NCBI GenBank assembly: GCA_040388575.1
Contig: JAZKBO010000003.1
Span: 1 to 52,714, forward strand
Source of the DNA: Patescibacteria group bacterium
GTDB taxonomy: Bacteria; Patescibacteriota; Minisyncoccia; Phycocordibacterales; UBA9973
DNA length: 52,714 nucleotides
Direction: 5' to 3'
Positions 37,188 through 46,457 of this stretch are shown here, in pieces. Numbering within the stretch: the stretch's first letter is position 1; every line of letters starts with the position of its first letter. A model generated the notes under the pieces. That model did no database searches and was not told the DNA's origin. It saw only the letters and a list, made by a program, of their open reading frames with translations. The position numbers and the translations under genes are program-made.

Positions 37188-38204
37188 ATGATTGTAGTAC
37201 GAGCACCATTTCGAATAAGTTTCGTAGGAGGGGGGACAGACCTACCAGATTTTTACCACAAGCATCCCGGACGAGTTATCTCAGCTACAATTAACCAATA
37301 TATATACATAGTTATTAATCCTACTCCTATGGTAAGTAAGGTGTCCGCGCGCTATGTTTTGTCAGAAACTGTTGATCATCCCAACAAACTTAAACACACA
37401 AGAATAAAAGCTGCCCTCAAGGAACTAGGTATAATGAGTAATATAGAAATAGGATCCTTTGCTTCTATTCCTGCGAGGACTGGCTTAGGGTCATCATCCA
37501 GCTTTTCAGTAGCTTTAATGAAAGCACTCAATTTACATAAAAATAATAAAAAGCTTTCTCCGGGCGAGACAGCTGAGGCAGCATGCCGACTAGAAATAGA
37601 TTTATTGGGTGAACCAATTGGCAAACAAGACCAATATGCAGCTGCGCACGGAGGGTTTAATATTTTTCAATTTAACCCTGATGAAAGTGTAGATATTAAG
37701 CCAGTACTTTTAGGGTATAAAGCCAACTCTCTTTTAGAGGATCATATGCTTTTGTTTTATACTGGCATCACGCGTTCGGCCTCAAAAGTATTAGGTAAAC
37801 AACGAATGAGCATTAAAAAAAAGATAAAAGACTATCAAGAAATGACCGAAATGGTTCCTATTTTTGAAAAGGAACTACTTGCCGGAAATATGAAGAATTT
37901 GGCAAAGTTGCTACACCAGGGATGGCTGAAAAAGAAGAGTTTGTCAGCGGGCATTTCAAATCCTTTAATAGACAATCTATACCAGTCAAGCCTAAAAGCA
38001 GGAGCATGGGGCGGTAAAATCCTAGGTGCTGGGGCGGGAGGCTGTTTAATGCTGATTGCTCCCACAAAAAAGCATAAAGCAATTCGTGCTAAAATGGTTG
38101 CACTGGCCAAGAAAAACAAGCTAAAAGATTTCCAGGAAATTCCTGTTAAGTTTGTCCAAAGCGGCGCAGAAGTTTTATTCAACGATAATCATACCGTCTT
38201 ATGA
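37188..38204 (+). CDS. hddA: D-glycero-alpha-D-manno-heptose 7-phosphate kinase (GHMP family)
   Basis: APFRISFVGGGTD, GLGSSS, GKQDQY, GKILGAGAGG; adjacent to gmhA/gmhB. Confidence 0.85.
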   Translation: MIVVRAPFRISFVGGGTDLPDFYHKHPGRVISATINQYIYIVINPTPMVSKVSARYVLSETVDHPNKLKHTRIKAALKELGIMSNIEIGSFASIPARTGLGSSSSFSVALMKALNLHKNNKKLSPGETAEAACRLEIDLLGEPIGKQDQYAAAHGGFNIFQFNPDESVDIKPVLLGYKANSLLEDHMLLFYTGITRSASKVLGKQRMSIKKKIKDYQEMTEMVPIFEKELLAGNMKNLAKLLHQGWLKKKSLSAGISNPLIDNLYQSSLKAGAWGGKILGAGAGGCLMLIAPTKKHKAIRAKMVALAKKNKLKDFQEIPVKFVQSGAEVLFNDNHTVL

Positions 38205-38806
38205 AGACTTACACCACCGAATTTCTAGATGAAACCAATGAAGTAATCTCGGGTTTAAATTCCGAAGAGATAGCTAAAGCTTTAAAAATTATTCAAGCTA
38301 CATATGAGCGAGATGGGCGAATTTATATTTTTGGAAATGGTGGTTCGCTTGCGCTTGCTACACATTGGGTCAGTGATTTTAATAAAACCGTCTTTAGTCA
38401 AGATTTAGACCGGCCTATTAAAAGATTTCAAGCAGTCAGAGTCCCATCCACGGAGGCAGAGTTAACCGCATGGGCTAATGATATAGGATACGACATGGTA
38501 TTTGCTGGACCTCTTCAAAATTATCTTTCAGATAATGATTGTGTTATTGCTATTAGTAGTTCGGGTAATTCTAACAATATTATTAAAGCAGTTGAATTAG
38601 CAAAGAAAAGGCATATTCCTGTTATCGGGTTATCAGGTTTTGATGGAGGGAAGCTTGCAGAACTTGCCGATGCAAAGATTGTGGTTAAAACTAAAAAAGG
38701 ACGGTACGACCTAGTAGAGCCTGCTCACGCAGTGGTACTCCATTTAATGACTAAATACTTCCAGGATTACTTTAATCATTTAGCCACAAAGATTTCCCGT
38801 AAGTAG
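38201..38806 (+). CDS. gmhA: Phosphoheptose isomerase (SIS domain)
   Basis: FGNGGS, TAWAND.GY, ISSSGNS.N, GFDGG. Confidence 0.85.
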   Translation: MKTYTTEFLDETNEVISGLNSEEIAKALKIIQATYERDGRIYIFGNGGSLALATHWVSDFNKTVFSQDLDRPIKRFQAVRVPSTEAELTAWANDIGYDMVFAGPLQNYLSDNDCVIAISSSGNSNNIIKAVELAKKRHIPVIGLSGFDGGKLAELADAKIVVKTKKGRYDLVEPAHAVVLHLMTKYFQDYFNHLATKISRK

Positions 38807-38810
38807 ACTC

Positions 38811-39386
38811 ATGAAAAAATCCATAAAAACTCCAGTAGTATTTCTGGATCGAGATGGAGTTCTAATAAAAAGAGCCGAACTCACTTGGAAAAAATCACAA
38901 CTAGAACTTCAGGATGGGGTTGTTGATTTTATAAAATTCCTAAATAAGAATAATATTCTAGTTATTGTTATAACCAACCAGCCTGTGGTGGCGCGAGGGT
39001 TAATTACTGAAAGAGGAGTTAAAGAATTACATGAAATTTTACAAAAGCGTTTAAAACAGCGGGGAGCATATATCGATAGGTTTTATTTTTGCCCCCACCA
39101 CCCTAATGCCACACTGCCTAAATATCGCAAGAAATGCGATTGCCGAAAACCAAAAATTGGTATGTACAAACAGGTTGCCCGCGATTTTTCAATTGATTTT
39201 AAAAAAAGTTTTACCATTGGTGACATGACCCAAGATATTCTGGCAGGGAAGCGTGCTAAAACAAAAACCATTTTATTTTTAAAAGGACATGGTGGTAAAG
39301 ATGGAAAATATAAGGTAAAACCACACCGCCAAGCAAATAATTTTAGAGAGGTTTTTAAATTTTTTAAAAAATATGAATTCAGCTAA
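38811..39386 (+). CDS. gmhB: D-glycero-D-manno-heptose 1,7-bisphosphate phosphatase (HAD IIIA)
   Basis: FLDRDGV, TNQ..VARG, CPHHP....C.CRKP, IGD...DI. Confidence 0.88.
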   Translation: MKKSIKTPVVFLDRDGVLIKRAELTWKKSQLELQDGVVDFIKFLNKNNILVIVITNQPVVARGLITERGVKELHEILQKRLKQRGAYIDRFYFCPHHPNATLPKYRKKCDCRKPKIGMYKQVARDFSIDFKKSFTIGDMTQDILAGKRAKTKTILFLKGHGGKDGKYKVKPHRQANNFREVFKFFKKYEFS

Positions 39387-40101
39387 AATTACAAAAGCAA
39401 TTATTCTATCCGCAGGATTAGGGACTAGGCTTCGACCCCTTACGGAGGGTATTCCGAAAGTTATGGTTCCTATTTTAGGTAAGCCATTACTCCTGCATCA
39501 TATTGAGCAGCTCAAAAAACATCGAGTAACCGATATATTCATTAATCTCCATTACTTACCGGATGTCATTACTGATTACTTTGGGGACGGGTCTAAGTTT
39601 GGAGTTAATATTACTTATAAACTTGAAACACCAATAATTTTAGGCACTGCGGGAGGAATCAAAAGCTTTGAGGAAAAAATCCAAGATAACTTTTTTGTTG
39701 TTTATGGCGATGTGTTTAGTCTGCTAGATTATTCTAAAATGGCAAATTATTTTTTTACAAAAAAGGATGCAATTGCAGTGAGCGTAGTAGGGGATACTGA
39801 TCACCCAAAAGATTCAGACCTTGTCGAAATGGGTGATAATGGAAAATTTATAAAACTATACCCCAAACCACATTCCGTGCTACCGCTACAATATAAATCA
39901 CTGAAAGCGGGCTTCATCTTTAGCCCAAAGATTTTTAAATTTATCCCAAAAGGTATTTATTCAGAGATAGATCATGAACTTTTACCTAATTTATTAAAAG
40001 CTGGAGAAAAAGTCTATGGTTATGAATTGCAAGAATACATGAAGGATATTGGAACTATTGAACGATACAAGGAAGTTGAAGCTTTCCTCCGCAACCAGTG
40101 A
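39373..40101 (+). CDS. hddC: Sugar-1-phosphate nucleotidyltransferase (HddC-like)
   Basis: LSAGLGTRLRPLT..PK.M, LGTAG, YGD, DIGT; context of hddA-gmhA-gmhB. Confidence 0.7.
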   Translation: MNSAKITKAIILSAGLGTRLRPLTEGIPKVMVPILGKPLLLHHIEQLKKHRVTDIFINLHYLPDVITDYFGDGSKFGVNITYKLETPIILGTAGGIKSFEEKIQDNFFVVYGDVFSLLDYSKMANYFFTKKDAIAVSVVGDTDHPKDSDLVEMGDNGKFIKLYPKPHSVLPLQYKSLKAGFIFSPKIFKFIPKGIYSEIDHELLPNLLKAGEKVYGYELQEYMKDIGTIERYKEVEAFLRNQ

Positions 40102-40111
40102 GTCAACCTTC

Positions 40112-40139
40112 TTGACTTTTTGTGGTTTTCATGTATAAT
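40112..40139 (+). promoter_or_regulatory. sigma70-type promoter of Cys-rich orphan gene
   Basis: TTGACT-16-TATAAT, SD-like AAGGGG upstream of ATG 40183. Confidence 0.6.
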
Positions 40140-40182
40140 TACGACGGCACCTAAGAAAACGGTGGCCAGAAAGGGGATTGCT

Positions 40183-40488
40183 ATGGACCATAGCAACCTT
40201 ACGTGGGAGAAGAAGTGTACCCACAGTCAGTGTGAGCACGGCATGTGCCTTGACCACGGACCCGAGTGGGAGAACATCGGTGAAGCACAACGCGAACCAA
40301 ATCCAGGAATCTTCGGCAAGAAAACGTATTGGATGCGGAGATGCTGCGGTAAAGCGATGGCGCGGTACCTGGTGTTTCAAACTCAGCGGTGCAAGAAGTG
40401 CGGGAGAGCTCAAGACAAAGTTCTCCTCATCATCGCTCTGTGTCTCTGCTGCGGTCGCAAATTGACATACGTTAGCGACCCCAAATAA
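40183..40488 (+). CDS. Small Cys-rich (putative Zn-binding) hypothetical protein
   Basis: 101 aa with 10 Cys (C..C, CC, CKKC, CLCC); own promoter, SD and 3' hairpin. Confidence 0.65.
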   Translation: MDHSNLTWEKKCTHSQCEHGMCLDHGPEWENIGEAQREPNPGIFGKKTYWMRRCCGKAMARYLVFQTQRCKKCGRAQDKVLLIIALCLCCGRKLTYVSDPK

Positions 40489-40502
40489 AAGGGGTTCATT
40501 AA

Positions 40503-40534
40503 GTGGGGCTGCGAGAGGAATTTCGCAGCCCCAT
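40503..40534 (+). terminator. Strong hairpin after Cys-rich gene
   Basis: GTGGGGCTGCGAGA-GGAA-TTTCGCAGCCCCAT; T-tract weak. Confidence 0.55.
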
Positions 40535-40581
40535 ACTCATTTCTATTCGATTTTTGTGTATATTTTTGGTATAGTGTCTCT

Positions 40582-41520
40582 ATGAAAATTATTGTTACAG
40601 GAGGAGCGGGATTCATTGGCTCACACGTAGTGGACCGGCTTTTGACAGATGGGCATGAAGTACTCGTGCTTGATGATTTATATCTTGGAAAAGAAGAAAA
40701 TATCTCCCATAATGCTGAAAATAAATCCTTCAGTTTTATAAAAACTGATATTACCGAGCAAGAAAATTTAAATAAAATTTTTAATGATTTTAAACCCGAA
40801 TGCATTTTTCACTTGGCGGCCAATTCTGACATTGGGGCGGGGGCTTATGATATGTCCGTGGATCTAAAAAGAACGTTTGGTACTACCATTGCCGTGTTAG
40901 AAGGTATGAGGGTGACAGGCGTAAAGAAATTAGTTTTTGCATCTACCTCTGCCATTTATGGCTCACTTTCTGGAAAATTATCTGAATCAAGTGGCCCACT
41001 TTTACCGGAATCTAACTATGGTGCTGGTAAATTAGCTTCGGAGGCATTCATTGCATCCCGGGCGAATGTAGATGGTATCCAGGCATGTATTTTTAGGTTT
41101 GCAAATGTATGTGGACCCAGGTCTACCCACGGAGTTTTCTTTAATTTTATTAAGTTTCTTAAAGAAGACCCTACTCAAATTACAGTAGCACAAAACGGCA
41201 AACAAGCTAAACCTTATGTCTATGTCTTAGATTTAGTGGATGCCATTATGCTGGGGTGGCAGGGGGGCAAGGAGCGCGTCAACTTATACAATATTGGTAA
41301 TCAACCTATTGTTTCTGTTAATGAAATTTTGGAGTTTATTCTTAAAGAAAAAAAAATTTCTAATATAAAAATAAATTATACTGGCGAGCCAGCGTGGCCG
41401 GGGGACGTAGCAACCTATGTATTCGATGACTCAAAGATTCGATCATTGGGCTATAAACCCAAATATACTGCCACGGAGGCTTGTGCCTTAACGGCTAAGC
41501 AGTTGATACATGGAGTTTAG
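40582..41520 (+). CDS. NAD-dependent nucleotide-sugar epimerase/dehydratase
   Basis: TGGAGFIGSH, HLAAN, STSAIYG, YGAGK. Confidence 0.9.
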   Translation: MKIIVTGGAGFIGSHVVDRLLTDGHEVLVLDDLYLGKEENISHNAENKSFSFIKTDITEQENLNKIFNDFKPECIFHLAANSDIGAGAYDMSVDLKRTFGTTIAVLEGMRVTGVKKLVFASTSAIYGSLSGKLSESSGPLLPESNYGAGKLASEAFIASRANVDGIQACIFRFANVCGPRSTHGVFFNFIKFLKEDPTQITVAQNGKQAKPYVYVLDLVDAIMLGWQGGKERVNLYNIGNQPIVSVNEILEFILKEKKISNIKINYTGEPAWPGDVATYVFDDSKIRSLGYKPKYTATEACALTAKQLIHGV

Positions 41521-42362
41521 TTGCCTTTCTTAGCAAGCGAGACTCTTTTAGCTTTAAATAGCAAAATATCTAGTCTCTGCGTGTAGGGCAAATATATATA
41601 AATTCTTTGTAGGTAATTAAAAATAAGCGCAAGAATAAAATTGGGATAGAATTTACGGTACTTTTTAATAAGTTCTAGACGGGTTTGGCTAATATTCACA
41701 CGATTTTTTATTGAAAGACCACGTGCACCGTAAAATCTTGCAACACTAAACGAGGGCAGGTTACGCAATTTGCCATACTGCCCCATGCGCATCCATAGAT
41801 CCCAGTCTTCTGCATCCTTAAGTAGTACATCATAGGAGCCAGTCTTATCCAATACGGACTTCCGAAAAACAACACTAGGATGGATAAAAGGGTTGCCAAA
41901 TAGCATCCTAGCTCGGATAGATTTATCGGACTCTGGGGTTCGATATCTAAATATTTCATGCCCGTTTTCATCAACTAAGGTGGCACCCGTTCCCACAAGC
42001 ATATATTCTGGGTTGGACTCAAGAAAATTAATTTGCTTTTCTAGTTTAGTGGAGTCTTGCCAAGGGTCATCATCATCAGCACGGGCTATGTACACCCCAG
42101 AAGCTACCTGTGTTCCCTCATTAAGCGAACGAATAATTTTTAAGTTTTCTGAGTGATTGATTATTTTAATGCGGGGTTCTTTCATGGAAGCATCTAAAAG
42201 TACCTGGGCCGTATCATCTCTCGAGCAGTCATTAATTATTATTAATTCAAAGTTGGTATATGTTTGCGAAGTAATGCTAGCTATTGTTTTAATTAAAAAT
42301 AAAGAGCGATTATGGGTTGGCAATATAATAGATACGAGCGGTTTGAGTTTTCCAGTATTCAT
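41517..42362 (-). CDS. GT2 glycosyltransferase
   Basis: SIILPTHN, INDCS.D, ARADDDD, HPSV.FR, AEDWDLW. Confidence 0.9.
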   Translation of the reverse strand: MNTGKLKPLVSIILPTHNRSLFLIKTIASITSQTYTNFELIIINDCSRDDTAQVLLDASMKEPRIKIINHSENLKIIRSLNEGTQVASGVYIARADDDDPWQDSTKLEKQINFLESNPEYMLVGTGATLVDENGHEIFRYRTPESDKSIRARMLFGNPFIHPSVVFRKSVLDKTGSYDVLLKDAEDWDLWMRMGQYGKLRNLPSFSVARFYGARGLSIKNRVNISQTRLELIKKYRKFYPNFILALIFNYLQRIYIYLPYTQRLDILLFKAKRVSLAKKGN

Positions 42363-42363
42363 A

Positions 42364-43821
42364 CTATTTATTTTCTGCAAAAAATATGCCCTTGATTTCA
42401 TATAAAGTTGAATCCCTTAGTGCCAGTAAAGTTAAAAAATAAAATATGGCAGCGAATAGTACTGTATATATAAAATATACATGCAGTGCATTTCCCAGAA
42501 GGCATACTAAAAACATTAGAAAGCCCGCTAGAAAAGGTTTTTTTAATGTACCTCCTATAGTAAATCCACTCACTTTTTTTATTCGAAACCCGATTAAGAG
42601 TGTCACAAAACAAAGTGAAATAAGAGTCGCAATAGCTGAACCAAGAGCGCCAAACATGCGAATCAAGAAAATATTTAGGACAATATTGATACATGCCCCG
42701 ATGCCGGATGCTTTCACTAGGACTTTTTGCTCATTGCGCGCAAAGATAGCGTTCGAAAGGATCATGGATGGAAATGCAACCAAAATCATTAAATTAAATA
42801 TCTGAAATATTTTTATGGCAGGAAAGTATTCTTGGCCTAATATCAGTAAGATTATATCTTTTGCAAAAACAATACCACCAAAAGCTATGGGTATACCAAT
42901 AATAAATGCTGTTACGATAGCTTTTTGTAATAGGGATGCAAATTTATCTCTATCGGCTCCTAGCCTCGCGAGGGCCGGGAATATGGCCATAGATATTATA
43001 GAGGGAACTACAAGTATAAATTGGTATAAACGTTGTCCTGCTGCATAGAATCCGATTTCTTCCGGTGTACGCCAAAGCCCCAGCATATATACGTCAGTAT
43101 TAGCCATTATGCTTCCTATTAGGCTAGTAAAGGCAAAAGAAAATGTTACGGCGGATATGTAACCAACAAGATTCCATTGAAAATACTTTGCCTCAAATAA
43201 AATTCTTTTTCTTATAAAGATAAAAAGTATGATACAGCCAACAAAACTACCCAAGAAATAAGTAATAGCCAAGGATTTTGGCTCCGGGTGATGACTGATT
43301 AATATTAGGCCAGCAATCAAAATAACAAGACTTGTTATAATTTTTGCAAATGCTTCCCATTCCATTTTTTCAAAGGCGCGGTTAAAGGCTAGGCCAAATT
43401 CACGCAAAGAGTCGAAGAATAAAATAAAAGCTATTAAATAAAGTATCGGGGGAGCATCCTTGACGGTTGCAATCAACGGACCAAAAATTATTACCCCAAT
43501 TGTGCTTAGAGTGAGGACGCTAATTTTAATAAAAAAAGCAGTGGAGACTAATTGCTGATGGTTTTCTTTGCCTTGAGTAAGTTCCCGGGTAATATATGCG
43601 CTCAAACCAAAATCGGAAAAAATCATCAAGAGTCCGCCGATACCCAGTGCATATGAAAATACTCCCCAACCTTCCGCACCCAATACACGTGCCGCATACA
43701 CAACCACGAAAAATCTAAGAAAGCGTGAAACCAGTTCACCCACAACTAACCAAATAGTATTTTTAGCAATCGTTTGTTTCGAGTTCGTGTTAACTAAAAG
43801 AAAATTTTTAATACGGTCCAT
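42364..43821 (-). CDS. wzx: Wzx-type polysaccharide flippase
   Basis: AKNT.W, ARVLG...G, DFG, D..MLG.....GFY.A; 12-14 TMs. Confidence 0.88.
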   Translation of the reverse strand: MDRIKNFLLVNTNSKQTIAKNTIWLVVGELVSRFLRFFVVVYAARVLGAEGWGVFSYALGIGGLLMIFSDFGLSAYITRELTQGKENHQQLVSTAFFIKISVLTLSTIGVIIFGPLIATVKDAPPILYLIAFILFFDSLREFGLAFNRAFEKMEWEAFAKIITSLVILIAGLILISHHPEPKSLAITYFLGSFVGCIILFIFIRKRILFEAKYFQWNLVGYISAVTFSFAFTSLIGSIMANTDVYMLGLWRTPEEIGFYAAGQRLYQFILVVPSIISMAIFPALARLGADRDKFASLLQKAIVTAFIIGIPIAFGGIVFAKDIILLILGQEYFPAIKIFQIFNLMILVAFPSMILSNAIFARNEQKVLVKASGIGACINIVLNIFLIRMFGALGSAIATLISLCFVTLLIGFRIKKVSGFTIGGTLKKPFLAGFLMFLVCLLGNALHVYFIYTVLFAAIFYFLTLLALRDSTLYEIKGIFFAENK

Positions 43822-43822
43822 A

Positions 43823-45133
43823 TTAGTGAGTAAAAATTATCTGCAACGTCCTGAGGAAAATACCAAGATCCATAAATATGTTACGATTTTTTAGATAATA
43901 AAGGTCATATTCGAATTTTTCTTTGGAATCCATAACATTCCCAGCATAACGGAATTTAATTTGTGCCCATCCCGTAAAACCCGGAGCAATAGTATGCCTT
44001 AGGTGGTAATAGGGGATTTCTTTTTCTAACTTTTCCACAAATTCTGGGCGCTCTGGACGAGGGCCTACTAACGCTATATCCCCTTTAATAATATTGAATA
44101 GCTGCGGAAGCTCATCTACATGAAGTTTCCTCATTACTCTTCCGACAGGCGTAACGCGCGGATCATTCTTAGCTGACCATTCTGGTCCATTTTTTTCCGC
44201 ATTAGGAATCATTGAACGAAATTTATGAAGTCTGAAAGTCTTGTCATTTTTACCTACTCTTGTTTGGGAATATAGAATGGGGCCGCCACCTGAGATTTTA
44301 ATAGCAATGGCTATCAGAAGGAAGAGTGGGGAAGTGATAATTACAAGAATTATCGCGACAAGAGCCCCGAACACCTTTTTGATTTGATCGGAGGCATTTT
44401 TATCTTGGGAGCGGATATTGTGCATAAACCACCCTTCATCGATCGCCTCTATGGGAATCTTGCTCAATATATCCTCATAAGCATATGCAAGATCTAATAC
44501 TTCACCTTCTATCTCATGCAGTTTTCGGAAGCTTTCTTCTTTTCGCCAGATTTCTTTAGAAACAATATACACCGCAGGCAATTCCTTTTTATGTAGAGAG
44601 TCTAATTCCGGTAGCGAGCTGTAAATACCATCAACAATAAATCCAGATTGTGGAAAATTTTGCATATAGTTAGCCAACTCGTTTATTTGGGGTAAGGTAC
44701 TGGAAGCACTTACCAGAAAAGCAACCCTTTTTCTAAAATAAAAAGAAAAAATACTATAAAAAATCCTTCGCCATACAATAAAAAATATTATTCCCCCTAA
44801 AGAAAATATTAGTAAATTTGTTTTAGGAGTTATGCCAAAAAAGGGAATAGTATAAAAGAAAATTGCGCCTGTCGCCGCTGCCACAATAAAAGCAAAAAAT
44901 ATTCTTCGCAAATGCGGGATTGTAGGTCGAGTAGCTTGAGGGTCATATAAATTAAATATAAAAAATATTGTAATCCAAGTAAGACTAAGGATAGTAAATG
45001 GCAAGGCATGAATACCTATAATTCGACTAGTGACCTGGCCGTAAAATGCTATATGTATCATTGCATAGAAAGACACTCCCAGCATCAGTACATCTCCAAG
45101 GAGTAAAAGTAGAATTCTTGGCCCGTTTTTCAT
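43823..45133 (-). CDS. Priming polyprenyl-phosphate glycosylphosphotransferase (WcaJ/WbaP family)
   Basis: KFRSM, DPRVT.VG..MRK..VDELPQ.FN..KGD...VGPRPE, PG.TGWAQ, YDLYY. Confidence 0.93.
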   Translation of the reverse strand: MKNGPRILLLLLGDVLMLGVSFYAMIHIAFYGQVTSRIIGIHALPFTILSLTWITIFFIFNLYDPQATRPTIPHLRRIFFAFIVAAATGAIFFYTIPFFGITPKTNLLIFSLGGIIFFIVWRRIFYSIFSFYFRKRVAFLVSASSTLPQINELANYMQNFPQSGFIVDGIYSSLPELDSLHKKELPAVYIVSKEIWRKEESFRKLHEIEGEVLDLAYAYEDILSKIPIEAIDEGWFMHNIRSQDKNASDQIKKVFGALVAIILVIITSPLFLLIAIAIKISGGGPILYSQTRVGKNDKTFRLHKFRSMIPNAEKNGPEWSAKNDPRVTPVGRVMRKLHVDELPQLFNIIKGDIALVGPRPERPEFVEKLEKEIPYYHLRHTIAPGFTGWAQIKFRYAGNVMDSKEKFEYDLYYLKNRNIFMDLGIFLRTLQIIFTH

Positions 45134-45204
45134 TCTATTACTATAAGGTTTTAGGGATAATTAAACAAGTTGCGGAATGTAGCCTTTTTGCGTAGTATGG
45201 GTTT

Positions 45205-46101
45205 ATGGATAAGACCAAAGGCCATGGGGAGAAAAATTTACTGTCTAAAAATCTAATAATTACTGCGGTAGTGGTGCTCCTTGGATTGGCAGGTATATAT
45301 TTATACATCAATTATCGTACGAATTTGCTTGCCCAAGAGATAAAAAATACCAATGATTCTCTGGCGACATTACTGCAAGCCTCGGATGATAAGATAAAAA
45401 GCATTGCCGAGATATTGTCCGGCAACCTAAGTGATGAACAGCAAAAAAATAGCTACTTAAAAGACCAGCTTGGTGAGATCACTAATACAGTAGGAGCGCT
45501 GGAAAAATTAAGCACCACCGACCCAGAACTTCTTAAAAAATACTCCAAAGTTTATTTTCTAAATGAGCACTATGTGCCGGTGTCTCTCACTGATATAGAT
45601 AAAAAATATCGAAGCCAGAGTAGCACCAACTTTCAATTTCACTCCGACGCGTTGCCTCACCTAGAAGATTTGTTTAATGCCGCACAAGATGACGGTATGA
45701 CCCTCTTAGCGCAATCTGCATATCGATCCTTTGCCGCGCAATCCGTTTTAAAAGCAACTTATAAAGTTACTTATGGTGCGGGTACGGCCAACCAATTCTC
45801 TGCAGATCAAGGCTATTCCGAACACCAGCTGGGGACTACACTTGATTTTACAACTGAAAAGCTCGGAGGTAATTTAGAAGGTTTCGACAAGACGCCGGAA
45901 TATGCATGGCTACTAGAAAATGCATATAAATATGGATTTGTCATATCCTACCCAGCCAATAATACCTACTACAAATTTGAGCCTTGGCATTGGCGTTATG
46001 TGGGAGTAAAACTTGCTAAGAGGCTCCATGAAGATAACACATATTTTTACGGAATGGATCAACGCATCATAGATACATATTTAGTAAATATATTTGACTA
46101 A
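45205..46101 (+). CDS. M15B D,D-carboxypeptidase (VanY-like), membrane anchored with coiled coil
   Basis: SAYRS, SEHQLG..LD, EPWHWRYVG. Confidence 0.9.
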   Translation: MDKTKGHGEKNLLSKNLIITAVVVLLGLAGIYLYINYRTNLLAQEIKNTNDSLATLLQASDDKIKSIAEILSGNLSDEQQKNSYLKDQLGEITNTVGALEKLSTTDPELLKKYSKVYFLNEHYVPVSLTDIDKKYRSQSSTNFQFHSDALPHLEDLFNAAQDDGMTLLAQSAYRSFAAQSVLKATYKVTYGAGTANQFSADQGYSEHQLGTTLDFTTEKLGGNLEGFDKTPEYAWLLENAYKYGFVISYPANNTYYKFEPWHWRYVGVKLAKRLHEDNTYFYGMDQRIIDTYLVNIFD

Positions 46102-46102
46102 C

Positions 46103-46288
46103 ATGGGGGATTTACTGTTCAATCTTTGGTTTATGGTTGCGATTCTCCCTTACCTTATCTTTATGGAAGGGTTTCATAAACTGAAGAAATTTCTAGCAAA
46201 GAGGGGAATAGATTTTACTTTACTTCACTACTACCTTTTCTTCCTCATTATTCTACTCATTGTGCTAGTTTTCATCCAATACGGGTAA
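46103..46288 (+). CDS. Small two-TM hypothetical protein
   Basis: Hydrophobic 61-aa ORF starting 2 nt after the upstream stop. Confidence 0.55.
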   Translation: MGDLLFNLWFMVAILPYLIFMEGFHKLKKFLAKRGIDFTLLHYYLFFLIILLIVLVFIQYG

Positions 46289-46313
46289 TTTACTTTGTGA
46301 TATAATTATATCC

Positions 46314-46457
46314 ATGACCGGGCATTTCCTAAAGACAGTGGTTGTATTTTCAATAATGATAATTTTGGGTTTGGCTGGGGTAATACTACTTAAATATATG
46401 GATAGAAATGGGGGAGAGAAGTTTCAGATTTGGAGTAGCTTTGGTCTTGGAAAATAG
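46314..46457 (+). CDS. Small single-TM protein (47 aa), not in ORF track
   Basis: MTGHFLKTVVVFSIMIILGLAGVILLKYMDRNGGEKFQIWSSFGLGK; TGaTATAAT 7 nt upstream; stop abuts the next ATG. Confidence 0.6.
   Translation: MTGHFLKTVVVFSIMIILGLAGVILLKYMDRNGGEKFQIWSSFGLGK

Noticed and set aside
45205-46101. Vancomycin resistance locus (VanY-like gene)
   Set aside because: No vanHAX or vanRS neighbours; M15B carboxypeptidases are common housekeeping cell-wall enzymes.
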